DNA of 64,000 bases from Chiloscyllium plagiosum (Eukaryota): assembly GCF_004010195.1 (NCBI RefSeq), contig NW_025215344.1, positions 32,625-96,624 of the forward strand, given 5' to 3'. Shown piece after piece: positions 51,159 to 62,342 of the stretch (within the stretch, counting starts at the first letter, position 1; each line of letters opens with the position of its first letter). Position numbers and translations under genes: made by a program. A model generated the notes under the pieces. The model was not told the origin of the DNA. It searched no databases and saw only the letters and a list, made by a program, of their open reading frames with translations.

Positions 51159-54100
51159 GAAGGCATACAACATACTTTGCTTCCTGCATTCCACCATTTT
51201 AAGAAGGGCAGAAAAGAGAAAGTGGCGAAGTACAGACCAGTTAACTTGTCATCCACAGGAGCGAATCTGTTGGAATCTATTGTGTACAAGAGATGACAGG
51301 TCACGTTACAGTTGTGTACGGCTTTGGTTCGACAATATTTCAAATAGTTCGCACAGTTCTGATCGCCACCTTACCAAAAGGATGTGGATGCTTTGGAGAG
51401 GGTGCAGAGGAGTTTCAGCAGGATGTTTCTTGGTATTGGAGGCAACTGGCTATGAAGAGAGGTTTGGTAAATTAGGATTATTTTCATTAGACTGACGGAA
51501 GTTCTACAAAATCATAAGAAGTATCGACAATGTGGATAGTAAGACGCTTATTCCCAGAGTGGGGTTCTCAATTTCTAGTGGTCAGGAATTCAAGATGAGA
51601 GGGAAAAGGGTTTTGGAAGATATGTTCAGAAAGTTCATTACACAGTGTCTGGCAGATGCCTGAAACGCATTGCCAGCTCTGGCAGATGCCTGAAACGCAT
51701 TGCCAGCGGAGGTGTTCGACGTGGTCACGATAGCGACATTTAATATGTATCTAGACAGATGCATTAATGGGTAGGGAGCAGGGGGATACAGATCCTTCGA
51801 AAATAGGTGACAGGTTTAGACAGAGGATCTGGATCGGTGCAGGCTTGGAAGGCCTTAAGGGCTGTTCCTGTGCTGGATTTTTTTTTGTTCTTGGTAAATT
51901 CCGGCGCAAAGTGTCTGTCCATATTTGAAAGGACAATGGAAACAAGGCCAAATGTTGCACAGTGAATGTGTGGACAGGATAATTTTTTTAATGTAACAGA
52001 CATAATGGCAATTTTCTGTTCTCTATGTCTGCCTTCACGGAAGAAGATCCAGAGCATATCCCAAAAATACCATAGAACTTTTGTAACTGAACACTAAAAT
52101 CCTTCATATTAATCTTCAATCCAAGTATATAAGTCTGACAGACCAGATGTAAATCCATACTGCAATTTCAGAGAAAGCAGCAACACACAGATGGATTGTA
52201 TTGTGGATGACTGTATTTATCTGTATTCAATTTGAAAGTACATAAATGCATTCCAACGATTTAGGAATGGAAGAAGAGGGAGAGTGGAAAACTACAGACC
52301 AGTTTACTTGTCATCCGCATGAAGTAATCTTTTGCAATTTATCATAACGAATGTGATATTGGACACTGAGAAAATAATAGCAAACTTCAAGAGAATTATT
52401 CTGCATTTATGAAAGGGAATTTATAATTTCCAATGTTTTGTTTGAAGATATATCTTGTAGCCCTAATCATAGAGAAGCAATACAGTCAGATATTCAGGAG
52501 GATTTTTAATCAGCACATAAAGTATGTTAGCAGAAGTATTAAAGCAAAGGGTATTGGGAGAAACATATACAAACAGGGAAGGTAAAAGTTAAGTTTGCCT
52601 TCATTTAAATACAGACGATGAAGGGTCAACTCGACTCAAACTTGCTCTCTCTTTTCGGATGCTGTCTGACTCACTCTAATGTCTCGCATGTGTTAGTTTC
52701 AGTACAGATTCTAGCTTCTGCAGTAATTTGTTCAGACGAGCAAGAAAAACATTCTGCACTAGTTACACAGAGTGCTGGTGAGACTGTACCTGGAGCATTG
52801 TATACAATTTTGATGTCTTGATCTAAATAAAATATACTGATCCCATATACTGAATGGACATTCTCAGATTAATCCCTCAGATTGCAAGGTATTCTGCTGG
52901 CGAAACTTGGCCTGAGATCAAGGCGGGATTCTGTTTGTGAAGCTGGTGAACATTGATAGATTGAAATATGAGAGCTTCATGTCTGTTTTACTTGGGAGAA
53001 GGAGGATGCAGGGACAGAATTTGAGAAGATGGACTGAGAAGCTCTTGAGCAGATTTGTGTAAGATGTGTACAGGGATTGATAGTTTTGGCTGGTATAAAA
53101 TATTCACATCCCGAGGTCCAGCTCAGTTACACCTCAGGCTGCTGCTGGAAACAAGGAATGAAAGGCGCTCATGAAAATGTTTAAATACAATCTGGTCACA
53201 GGTAATGTACCGAGGACTGGAGAACACCTTTTACGGGAAGGGCTGCACAGATTGACCAAGGAACTACAGACCAGTGAGTAGCAGATCAGTGATCGAGAAA
53301 CTACTGCAGAAAATAGATGGTTGTCGAAGACTGTTTGTGTGTCAGTGCTGTGTCCCTTATTATTTGTGGCATTCATAAATGATATAGATGTGAATGCGAA
53401 CGGGCATGGGGTGAGTGTAATAATTAGGTTTGTGTCTGACACATAGATTACTCAGGTGGTTGGTAGTGAGGAGGAAGGTCTTACGTTACAGGAAGATACA
53501 GGTAGAATGGTCAGATAGGCAGATCAATGGCAGATGGAATGTAAAACTGATAAATATGAGGTGATGCACTTTGGAAGAAGGGAGTACTCAATAAATGGCA
53601 GCAGACTCGCAAGTTCAGAGTGTGCTTTTCCACACATTCCTGAATGTGACGAGACTGGGTAATAGTAAGAAATAATTGGGGGCAGCAGGCATAGCCTTTA
53701 CTAATCGAGGCATAGATTACAAGAGTTATATAGCACTTTGGCGAGGTCAAAATGGAATACTGTGTGCAGTTCAGGGATCGACATTACATGAAAGATGTCA
53801 TTTCACTGAGAGTGGCGCAGAGGAGATTCACCAGGATGTTCCCTGGAATGGAGCATATCAGCTATGGAGAGAGGCTGGATACGCTCGGGTTGGTGACTTT
53901 GGAGTAGAGAAGACTGAGGGGAACGCGATTCAGAAGGGTAAGATTACGAACGGCATGGACAGAGTGGATAGACAGCAGCTGTTCCCTTAAGTCAGAGGGT
54001 CAAGAGCAAAGGAGAACGCTTTTAAAGGGAAGGGTTTGAGGTTTAGAGAGGATTTCAGGATGGCTTTTTCACCCAGAGGATGTTGGTGTCTGGATTGCAC

Positions 54101-54524
54101 TTTTTGAGAGGGAAGTTGTTGTGGGTCATCGCACAGCCGTTAAACGGCACGTGGACAAGCACTTGAAGTGTCATAACACTCACGTCTATGGGCCTGATGT
54201 ATGAAAGTGGGACTAATGTAGATTGTACTGTATTTCTGACTGTACAGAGATTGCTTCTGTGATTGTATGGCTGTGGAAGTCCAATCACTGAGCAGCTTTA
54301 GACAGGAAATGATGGGTTTATGAAGCGTACATTAACAAGAGTGAAATGCAAAAGCTTCTCAACATAGAGTATACCAAGGTGAAATGTAAGAGAAGATCAT
54401 TGTATCTTCCTTACAGGCTGAAACCAGAGAAATTGCAGGACTATGAAGCAACCACTTTTGTTCTGCCTTCACAAAAAACATTTCAAAACGTACTCCAAGT
54501 ACTTCTCAGTCTACTGAGAAAAAG

Positions 54525-56770
54525 TAAATAAAATCCATCAAACCTTCCCTCACTGAAAACTGATGTGGACGTGCAATCTCCTGGAGAATCCCTGTCCTGC
54601 CTACTAATTCCTCCCTCGGCTCCATGGCTATATATGTACCTGGAAGATAGCAGCAGGAAGCGGCCATTTGGCCTTTCGATTGTGCTCCATCATTCAATGG
54701 GAAACAGCTGACCATCCAGCTCAGTCTTCTGTTCCTGCTGTGCTCCAATCCCCTTTCATGACTTGACCTCGAAGAACTATATCGAAGTCCTCCTTTGGCT
54801 TCACTGCCTTTTGTTCCAGTGACGTTGTTGTGTTACTGTGTGGGTGTAGGCAGGGGTAATGTGATGGTGCTGCCTCCTGGACGAGGCAGTCAGTGTCCCT
54901 CATCATCCTGCAGTAACATCAACCGGGTTTCAGCAACTAGAGATAGAAACCATTTGCAGGATATGGGCATCACTGGCTCAGCCAGCATTTATTCCCCATC
55001 TCTACTTACCCTTGAGAAGATGGTAGTGAGCTGCTGTCTTGACCCATTCGCAGTCCATTTGGCGCAGATAGACCGGCAATGCTGGGAGGGCGAGTGTTGC
55101 AGGATTTTGGCCGAGTGATTCTCTATCTTTGGTTCTTCAAATGCTGGTTAACTTAATCACGATCTGCACATGATTTTGAGGTTTCAGTCTGCAAATCTTC
55201 ACCATCTAGCACCCTGTCCCTCATCATCCTGCAGTAACATCAACCGGGTTTCAGCAACTAGAGATAGAAACCATTTCCAGGATATGGGCATCACTGGCTC
55301 AGCCAGCATTTATTCCCCATCTCTACTTACCCTTGAGAATATGGTAGTGAGCTGCTGTCTTGAACCATTCACAGTCCATTTGGCGCAGATTGACCGACAA
55401 TGCTGGGAGGGAGAGTGTTGCAGGATTTTGGCGGAGTAATTCCCCATCTTTGGTTTGTCAAATTCTGGAAAACTCAATCACGATTGGCACATGATTTTGA
55501 GATTTCAGTCTGCAAATCTTCACCATCTAGCACCCTGAATAAATGAATAGGTACAGATTAGAAATTTAGAACAGACAATTCTGGTTTCTCTGGAGTATTT
55601 TTCGCCTTTGTTCCCCCAAAGCTGTAACCCTCCAGCCCACTTACTCTCTTCCATCATTCTGACTCTGCTGCCCCTAATGTCCACCCTCCCCATACTCATG
55701 GAGTTACTGATAAACCGATCCATGCCACCACTTTCCGTCCTGGTTAGACTCTGCACCCTTTCTGGGTTAACTTCCTTTCCCTTCAGTTGCTGCAAGTCAA
55801 TAATGTAACAGCAGAATGAAACAAAAAGAAACAGAAAGGGAGGTGGCAGATCCTGGACAGAAGAGGAACCTTCAGTCTGGGAGAATGGGTCAGAGGAGAA
55901 AGTGAGGTCTGCAGATGCTGGAGATCAAAGTTGAAACTTTATTGCTGGAACAGCACAGCAGGTCAGGCAGCATCCAGGGAACAGGAGATTCGACGTTTCG
56001 GGCACAGGCCCTTCTTCAGGAATGAGGAAGGGCCTGTGCCCGAAACATCGAATCTCCTGTTCCCTGGATGCTGCCTGACCTGCTGTGCTGTTCCAGCAAT
56101 AAAGTTTCAAGAATGGGTCAGATCCTTCCTTGTTTCTCATTGGTCAATTCCAGTGTTATGACGAGTTGGGGATGGAACTTGGTGCCATGTGGGTGTGCTG
56201 ACACTTTGACCCTCCAACAGATCAATACTACAAGCAGATGCGTCCCTTCTCCAGCCAAAGTGTGAAATGCTTTCCGCTAGTTACCCCAAAGCACATGCTT
56301 CAAAATCCGCCCACATTCTGTACATGTACAGTGCTGGGTTTCCCCACACACGTGTGGTCCCTGCCTCAGGGATTGTGGGAGTTGTAGTCCCCATGAAGCC
56401 TCTGAAAGGTGAAAACAAGTGTGGGCTGGAGGGTGTTGTGTATAGGATATCCATTCAGACACACACGACATGTGGGTTGTCACTGGGTTTTACTGAGACA
56501 TCCGCTTAAACAACCCGATTTCTGACGAAAGAAATACACATTCAGCCAATTGTGTGGTGGGGAGGTTAATAAGGGGCAGCAGATTTTAAGCAGAGGTGTC
56601 TCAGTGGCTAGCACTGCTGTCTCACAGCGTCAGGGACCCGGGTTTAATTCCAGCCTTAGGCAACTGTCTGTGTGGAGTTTGCACAGTCCCTGTGTCTGCG
56701 TGGGTTTCCTCCCACAATGCAAAGATGTGCAGGTTAGATGGATTGGCCATGCTAAATTGCCCATAGTGTT
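54525..56770 (+). repeat. Segmental duplication B, copy 1 (contains 321-bp tandem duplication 54894-55535)
   Basis: Colinear with 60543-62230, both starting at taaataaaatccatcaaacc. Confidence 0.9.
55895..56109. mobile_element. Young short fold-back PLE with 13-bp TSD; hammerhead motif on minus strand at 55988-56023
   Basis: 84-bp inverted arms 55931-56014 and 56027-56110; TSD agaatgggtcaga at 55882-55894 and 56110-56122; empty site near 61567. Confidence 0.9.
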
Positions 56771-56950
56771 TAGCCTTGCTCTGCTGTTCACATGAATGTT
56801 TATATCTGGAAAAGAGTATATCAGCTGGAAAAGTCTCCAGTTCGGTGAGTCTGCTCCGGGGTTACGTTTAACCGCCGAGCGTGGGTTGTTGGCAACCGCT
56901 CTACGAGAACTGACGGCTCCCAGTTCCGGTAACATGTAGAGTGAGTATAA
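56340..56950 (+). promoter_or_regulatory. Putative promoter and non-coding first exon of the zinc-finger locus
   Basis: CACGTG near 56349; ZNF143/SBS-type motif (reverse complement ggACTACAacTCCCAcaatcc) at 56370-56390; CCAAT near 56546; CpG-rich stretch 56840-57020; donor GTGAGT at 56941. Confidence 0.45.
56594..56772 (+). mobile_element. 3'-truncated HE1-type SINE
   Basis: tRNA-like head and V-domain, no tail. Confidence 0.8.
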
Positions 56951-58543
56951 GCCAGACCCGTTGTGGCGACGCTGCGGGGAATGAAATGCCCATATTCTAG
57001 CAGACTCGCCTCTTGGTCGTTTGTTCTGTGTCAGACTACTCTCCTACGAACCTGACCTTGAGAATTTTTTAAAACAGTGCCCTGAACCCAGTCCCACTGT
57101 GAGAGCACCTGAATGGTCTCGCATTGGTCTCCTGTGACCAGGAGATATGATATTCACCATCCCGGGGGATACTGTGAAAAGATACCTCCAAGAGGGATCT
57201 AGCGAGAGTAGATTGGGAGAAACTGTTGAAATTCATGAAAGAATCAATAATGAGGAGGCACCGATGTAAAGGGATTGACAAAAGAAGCACATGTGACATG
57301 AGACAAAACGTTTTCATGCAGAGAAAGTTTATGGTCAGGAGTGGACTGCCAAAGAGTGTGGTGGAGCCAGGTACAATGAAGAGAATAGAATTGAACCGTT
57401 ATTGGAAAAGGATGAAAGGGAAGGTTTATGGAGTAAAGGTAAAGATTGGCATTCGGTGAGGTGATCCTTTGGAGAGCTGATGAGCCGATCAGCCTCCTTT
57501 TGTCCTTCTGTGAACATTTAATTCTGAGCTCTCTAAGGAAATATCAGAGCAGGGATTGTGAAGAGGTCAGATTGAATGAGTGTCTCGGTGAACAAAAGTG
57601 AGACACAGATACAGAAAGGCTTTGGGATGGATTGAATCAAATGTTATAAATTTGCATGGCAATCAACATTATAGCAGTTACAAACGGGAGTGATCAGGAC
57701 AGTGGAATTAAATCAGCAAATAAATCTTAAACATTGATGCAGCTAAAGGGGATGCTGGGTAAAGATACCACAGTTAGCGATTATTTCATTCCAGAAACAC
57801 CAGGCAGGGAGCACACTTTTGCTGTATCTACCATATTGCTCTCTTTAAGATTTTTGTTCCTTTGAAGTGTTTCATGTTCAGATAGTCTGGAGAAGACAGG
57901 TTCAGTATCCTCAATCTCTTCTGCCAGGACAATGCTGCTATTAGAATTCAATTCACTGATGCATGTTACTGGCTGCATCAAGAACTGGAACTGGCAACTG
58001 AGACTGTAAGGTTACTGTATAAAATATCTTCAATTGTATTGCCAGATAGCCAGACATATGAGGGACTTTAATAACAAGAACCTAAATGATGGGCATTGAG
58101 TGTCAGAGCGCATACTGTTGTGGGGGCATCCTGTTTAGATACAATCTATTGGTAATTGTTAGAATTGACTTGCACTGGTTCCAGGGAAGTGGTCAGAGCA
58201 TTATAACGGTCATCGGAGATGGTAGCAAATTTCCCATGGGTTAAAAATCGTAAATGACAGAGTGGGTACGAGTTCTGCTGGTAAAGTGCATAAAGTTATT
58301 CAAAATGGCCCTATTTTACTTTCAGAAACAAGTGAGGGAAAGGAACGTTACTGAGGTCATTGCATTAGTCCAAATTTAGAAATTCAGGGGAACTGAAGGG
58401 AGAGCCGGTGTTGGGAGTTGTAGTAATGATAGGGAAAACATTGTTTTACAGAGCGAGAGAGTTTCCAGGTAGGAAACTCAGCTTTAACATCACATCAACT
58501 GCAGAGTCTTCCAATTCCGCAGGTCCTGATCCTTCTCGGTAAT

Positions 58544-59430
58544 ATGGAAGGGGAAAGCAGTATTCCTAGCCCAGAGAAATCATTCCTATGTTATGCATGC
58601 AGTCAAATATTTAACTGGTCATGTGATCTGGGAAGACACCAATGTGACTGGACCAGGGTGAGGCTGTGTAAATGTGACGACTGTGGGAAGGAATTCACTT
58701 ACCCCTCCCAGCGGGACACTCACTGACACAGTCACACTGGGGAGAGGTTGGTTACCTGCCCCATGTACGAGAAGGGATTTAATCGAACTTACAATCTGCT
58801 GAGGCACCAGTGGATTTAGACCCTTCACCTGCTCCATGTGTGAGAAAGGATTCATTCAAATCTCTCTCCTGCAGAGACATCAGTGCATTCCCATCGGGGA
58901 GAGGTAATTCACCTGCCCAGCGTGTGGGAAAGCATTCACTCAGTCCTCTGATCTGCTGAAACACCAGCGAGCTCACTCTGGGGAAAGGTCATTCACTTGA
59001 TCCCAGTGCGGGGAGAGATTCACACAAATGCACCACTTGCTAAGTGTGTGAGAAGGGGTTCAGTGTTTCATGCTGCCCCCTGAGATCCCAGTGAGGGGTC
59101 AGGCCATTCAGGTACTCAGCGTGTGAGAGAGGGGATTCCTGCCCCCGAGACCCCAGTGAGCCCAGACAGGGGAGAGGCCATTCAGATGCTCAGTGTGTGA
59201 GAAGGGATTCAGTTATTCATCCCACCTCCTGAGACCCCAGCGTGTTCACACTGGGTAGGAGTTGTTTCCCTCTCTGTGTGACAAGGGATTTGCTGAGTCT
59301 TCAACACAACTGAGAGCCCAGTGAGTGCACACAGGGAAGTGGTCATCAACCTGCTCCATGTGGGATAGAGTTCACACATCACTGCAGGACTCTGATTCTG
59401 ATGTTACTGTCCATCAGAGTCAGGACTGGA
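58544..59430 (+). pseudogene. C2H2 (Kruppel-type) zinc-finger array pseudogene, about 10-11 degenerate fingers
   Basis: [88 protein letters not shown]; several stops and deletions; acceptor ttgttttacAG ending at 58451. Confidence 0.92.
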
Positions 59431-59604
59431 CCTTGTACATGATGACACTGCTGGAGTATTGATGTTGTTGTTAACTGGGCTGGAGTTGACTGAATTTATA
59501 TTGTCTCTTTCTGAACCTCAGGATGTCTCTCTGAGCAGTAAGTCTCCACAAACAGCAATGTGACAATGAGCAGGGATCATCTGTTTTGATTTAAATTGTG
59601 ATTG

Positions 59605-59925
59605 TAGCATGGCTGCTTCACAGCATCAGGTACAAGGTTGGAATCCAGCCTTGATCAACGGCCTGTATGGAGTTCCCACATACTCCCCATGATAGTGTGG
59701 GGCCCCTCCAGGTGCTCTGGTTTCCTCCCACAGTCCAAAGATACGAAGGTCAGGTCGATCAGTTTTTGCTAAATTGTCCACAGTGTCCAGGAATGTGCAG
59801 ACCAGCCATGGGAAATGCAGTGTTACAGGGATGGAGTGCTCTGGATGGGATGATCTTCAGATGGTCGGTGGGATTTGATGGGCCAATGCTCTCCTTCCAC
59901 ACTATCGGGTTTCTATTCTATGATT
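59605..59925 (+). mobile_element. Diverged HE1-type SINE
   Basis: ggtttcctcccacagtccaaagat V-domain and atgggccaa..ttccacact tail. Confidence 0.75.
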
Positions 59926-60542
59926 GAGGATAAAGGTGACACAGCAGGATGTCCTCGGAGAAGGAGCATGTAGTGTGTATCAATGCTATCGATACCTTTA
60001 GATAGAGATGGGCACCACAGGCATGGGCATCTGTAGTGCTTTATATCCACTGCTGCCCCCTCTCCACAACTCTACTTTGATTTAGTCCCTTCCCACTCTG
60101 TCATTTGTAATGGTTTGCTTTGCATGTAATGGGCTTTGTTTATAAATATTCAATTGGTTACATGGGTGGCCTACTGCTGGTAACAAAAAGCAAAATGATG
60201 TAATGATGATTTTGATGATGGAAAGGTTGATCAGCTGTGTGTGGTAACACTTCTGAATAGGAGAAATGGGGAAAAAAGAATGCTTCGTAGCTCACAGAAC
60301 GAGAACTGAAAATCAGTTAAATCAAACCGAAGGTTCAGACAGGGAGGGAATATTTCCCTGGAGTTTGAGTAACTGGAAAGTGATGGTGTCTGGGAGTAGA
60401 TTTTGTTTTATAGGGCATTCGAAATTTTAAAACTGTAATATTCAGACAGTTTAATTCTTTTCTTTAATTTTATTTGTTGTGCAATAAACTTTTACAATTT
60501 TTTAAAACCAAAATCCACAATCCTTGTGTCAAAGACAAATGT

Positions 60543-62230
60543 TAAATAAAATCCATCAAACCTTCCCTCACTGAAAACTGATGTGGAAGAGCAATCTCCT
60601 GGAGGATCCCTGCCTTTCCTACTTCTTCCTACCCAGGCTCCGTATATATGGCTGTATACATATCTGGGAGATAGCAGCAGGAGGAGGTCAATCGGCCTTT
60701 CAACTCTGCTCCACAATTCAATAGGAAACAGCTGGCCAGCTCAGTCTCCTGTTCCTGCTGTGTTCCAATCCCCTTTCATTACTTTACCTCGAAGGCCTAT
60801 ATCAAAAGTCCTCCGTTAACTTCACTGCCTTTTGTTCCAGTGGTGGTGTTGTGTTACTGTGTGGGTGTAGGCAGGGGTAATGTGATGGTTCTGCCTCCTG
60901 GAGGATGCACTCAGTGTTCCTCATCATCCTGCAGTAACATCAACCGGGTTTCAGCAACTAGAGATAGAAACCAGTTGCAGGATATGGGCATCACTGGCTC
61001 AGCCAACATTTATTCCCTATCTCTAGTTACCCTTGAGAAGATGGTAGTGAGCCATTCACAGTCCATTTGGCGCAGATAGACCGACAATGCTGGGAGGGAG
61101 TGTGTTGCAAGATTTTGGCCGAGTGATTCTCCATCTGTGGTTCTTCAAATGTTGTTTAACTTAATCACAATCCGCACCTGATTCTGAGATTTCAGTCTGC
61201 AAATCTTCACCATCTCGCATCCTGAATAAATGAATATGTACAGATTAGAAATTTAGAACAGACAATTCTCGTTTCTCTGGAATATCTTTTTCCCCCAAAG
61301 CAATAACCCTCCAGTCCACCTACTCTCTCCCACCATTCTGACTCTGCTCCCCTAATGTACACCCCCCCCCCCCCCCCCCCTCCCCGTCTTACTGATAAAC
61401 AGATCCATGCCACCACTTCCCGTCCTGGTTAGACTCTGCACCCTTTCTGGGTTTCACTTCCTTTCCCTTCAGTTGCTGCAAGTCAATAATGTAACAGCAG
61501 AATAAACAAAAGGAAACAGAAAGGGAGGTGGCAGATCCTGGACAGAAGAGGAACCTTCAGTCTGGGAGAATGGATCAGATCCTTCTTTGTTTCTCATTGG
61601 TCGATTCCAGTGTTATGACGAGTTGGGGATGGAACTTGGTGCCATGTGGGTGTGCTGACACTTTGACCCTCCAACAGATCAATATTACAAGCAAATATGT
61701 TCCTCCTCCAGACAATCACAGTGTGAAATACTTTCCGCTAGTTACCCCAAAGCACAAGCTCCAAAACCCACCCACATTCTGTACTTGTGCAGTGCCGGGT
61801 TTCCCCACACACGTGCGGTTCCTGTCTCGGAATTTGGGAGTTGTAATCCCCATGCAGCCACTGGAGACCTGTCTCTGAATTGTGAATGAAAAGTGTGGGT
61901 GGAGGGATGTTGTGTATTGGATCCCCATTCAGACACATGTGAGCTGTCACTGGAATTTACTGAGACATCCGCTTAGACAACCTGATTTCTGATGTAAGGA
62001 ACATAGATTCAGCCAATTGGGGAATTGGGAGGTTAAGGGGCAGCAGGTTTTAAGCAGAGGTGGTTCAGTGGCTGGCACTGCTGCCTCACAGCATCAGGGA
62101 GCTTAGGCGACTGTGTGGAGTTTACACATTCGCCCCATGTTTGCATGGTTTTGTGCAGTTCTCCTGTTTCCTCACACAGTCCAAAGATGTGCAGGTTAGG
62201 TGTGGCCATGTTAAATTGTCCGTAGTGTTA
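60543..62230 (+). repeat. Segmental duplication B, copy 2
   Basis: Colinear with 54525-56770 but without the 321-bp duplication and without the PLE insert. Confidence 0.9.
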
Positions 62231-62342
62231 GGTAAGGGGTAAGGGGTAAATGTAGGGGTATGGGTGGTTTGCGCTTCGGCGGGTCGGTGTGGACTTGTTG
62301 GGCCGAAGGGCCTGTTTCCACACTGTAATGTAATCTAATCTA
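62057..62342 (+). mobile_element. HE1-type SINE (probably chimeric)
   Basis: Head paralogous to 56594; tail nearly identical to the young SINE at 50325-50458. Confidence 0.85.

Larger units (their letters stand above)
49800..54525 (+). repeat. Segmental duplication A, copy 2
   Basis: Colinear with 32711-37020; carries an extra SINE (50153) and an extra PLE (50992). Confidence 0.85.

Noticed and set aside
58544..58726. Functional short zinc-finger CDS
   Set aside because: The stop at 58724 falls inside finger 2 and the downstream fingers carry further stops and deletions
60100..60540. Solo LTR (also a possible LTR start near 37476)
   Set aside because: TG start and AATAAA are suggestive, but I could not identify a CA end, TSD, primer-binding site or partner LTR
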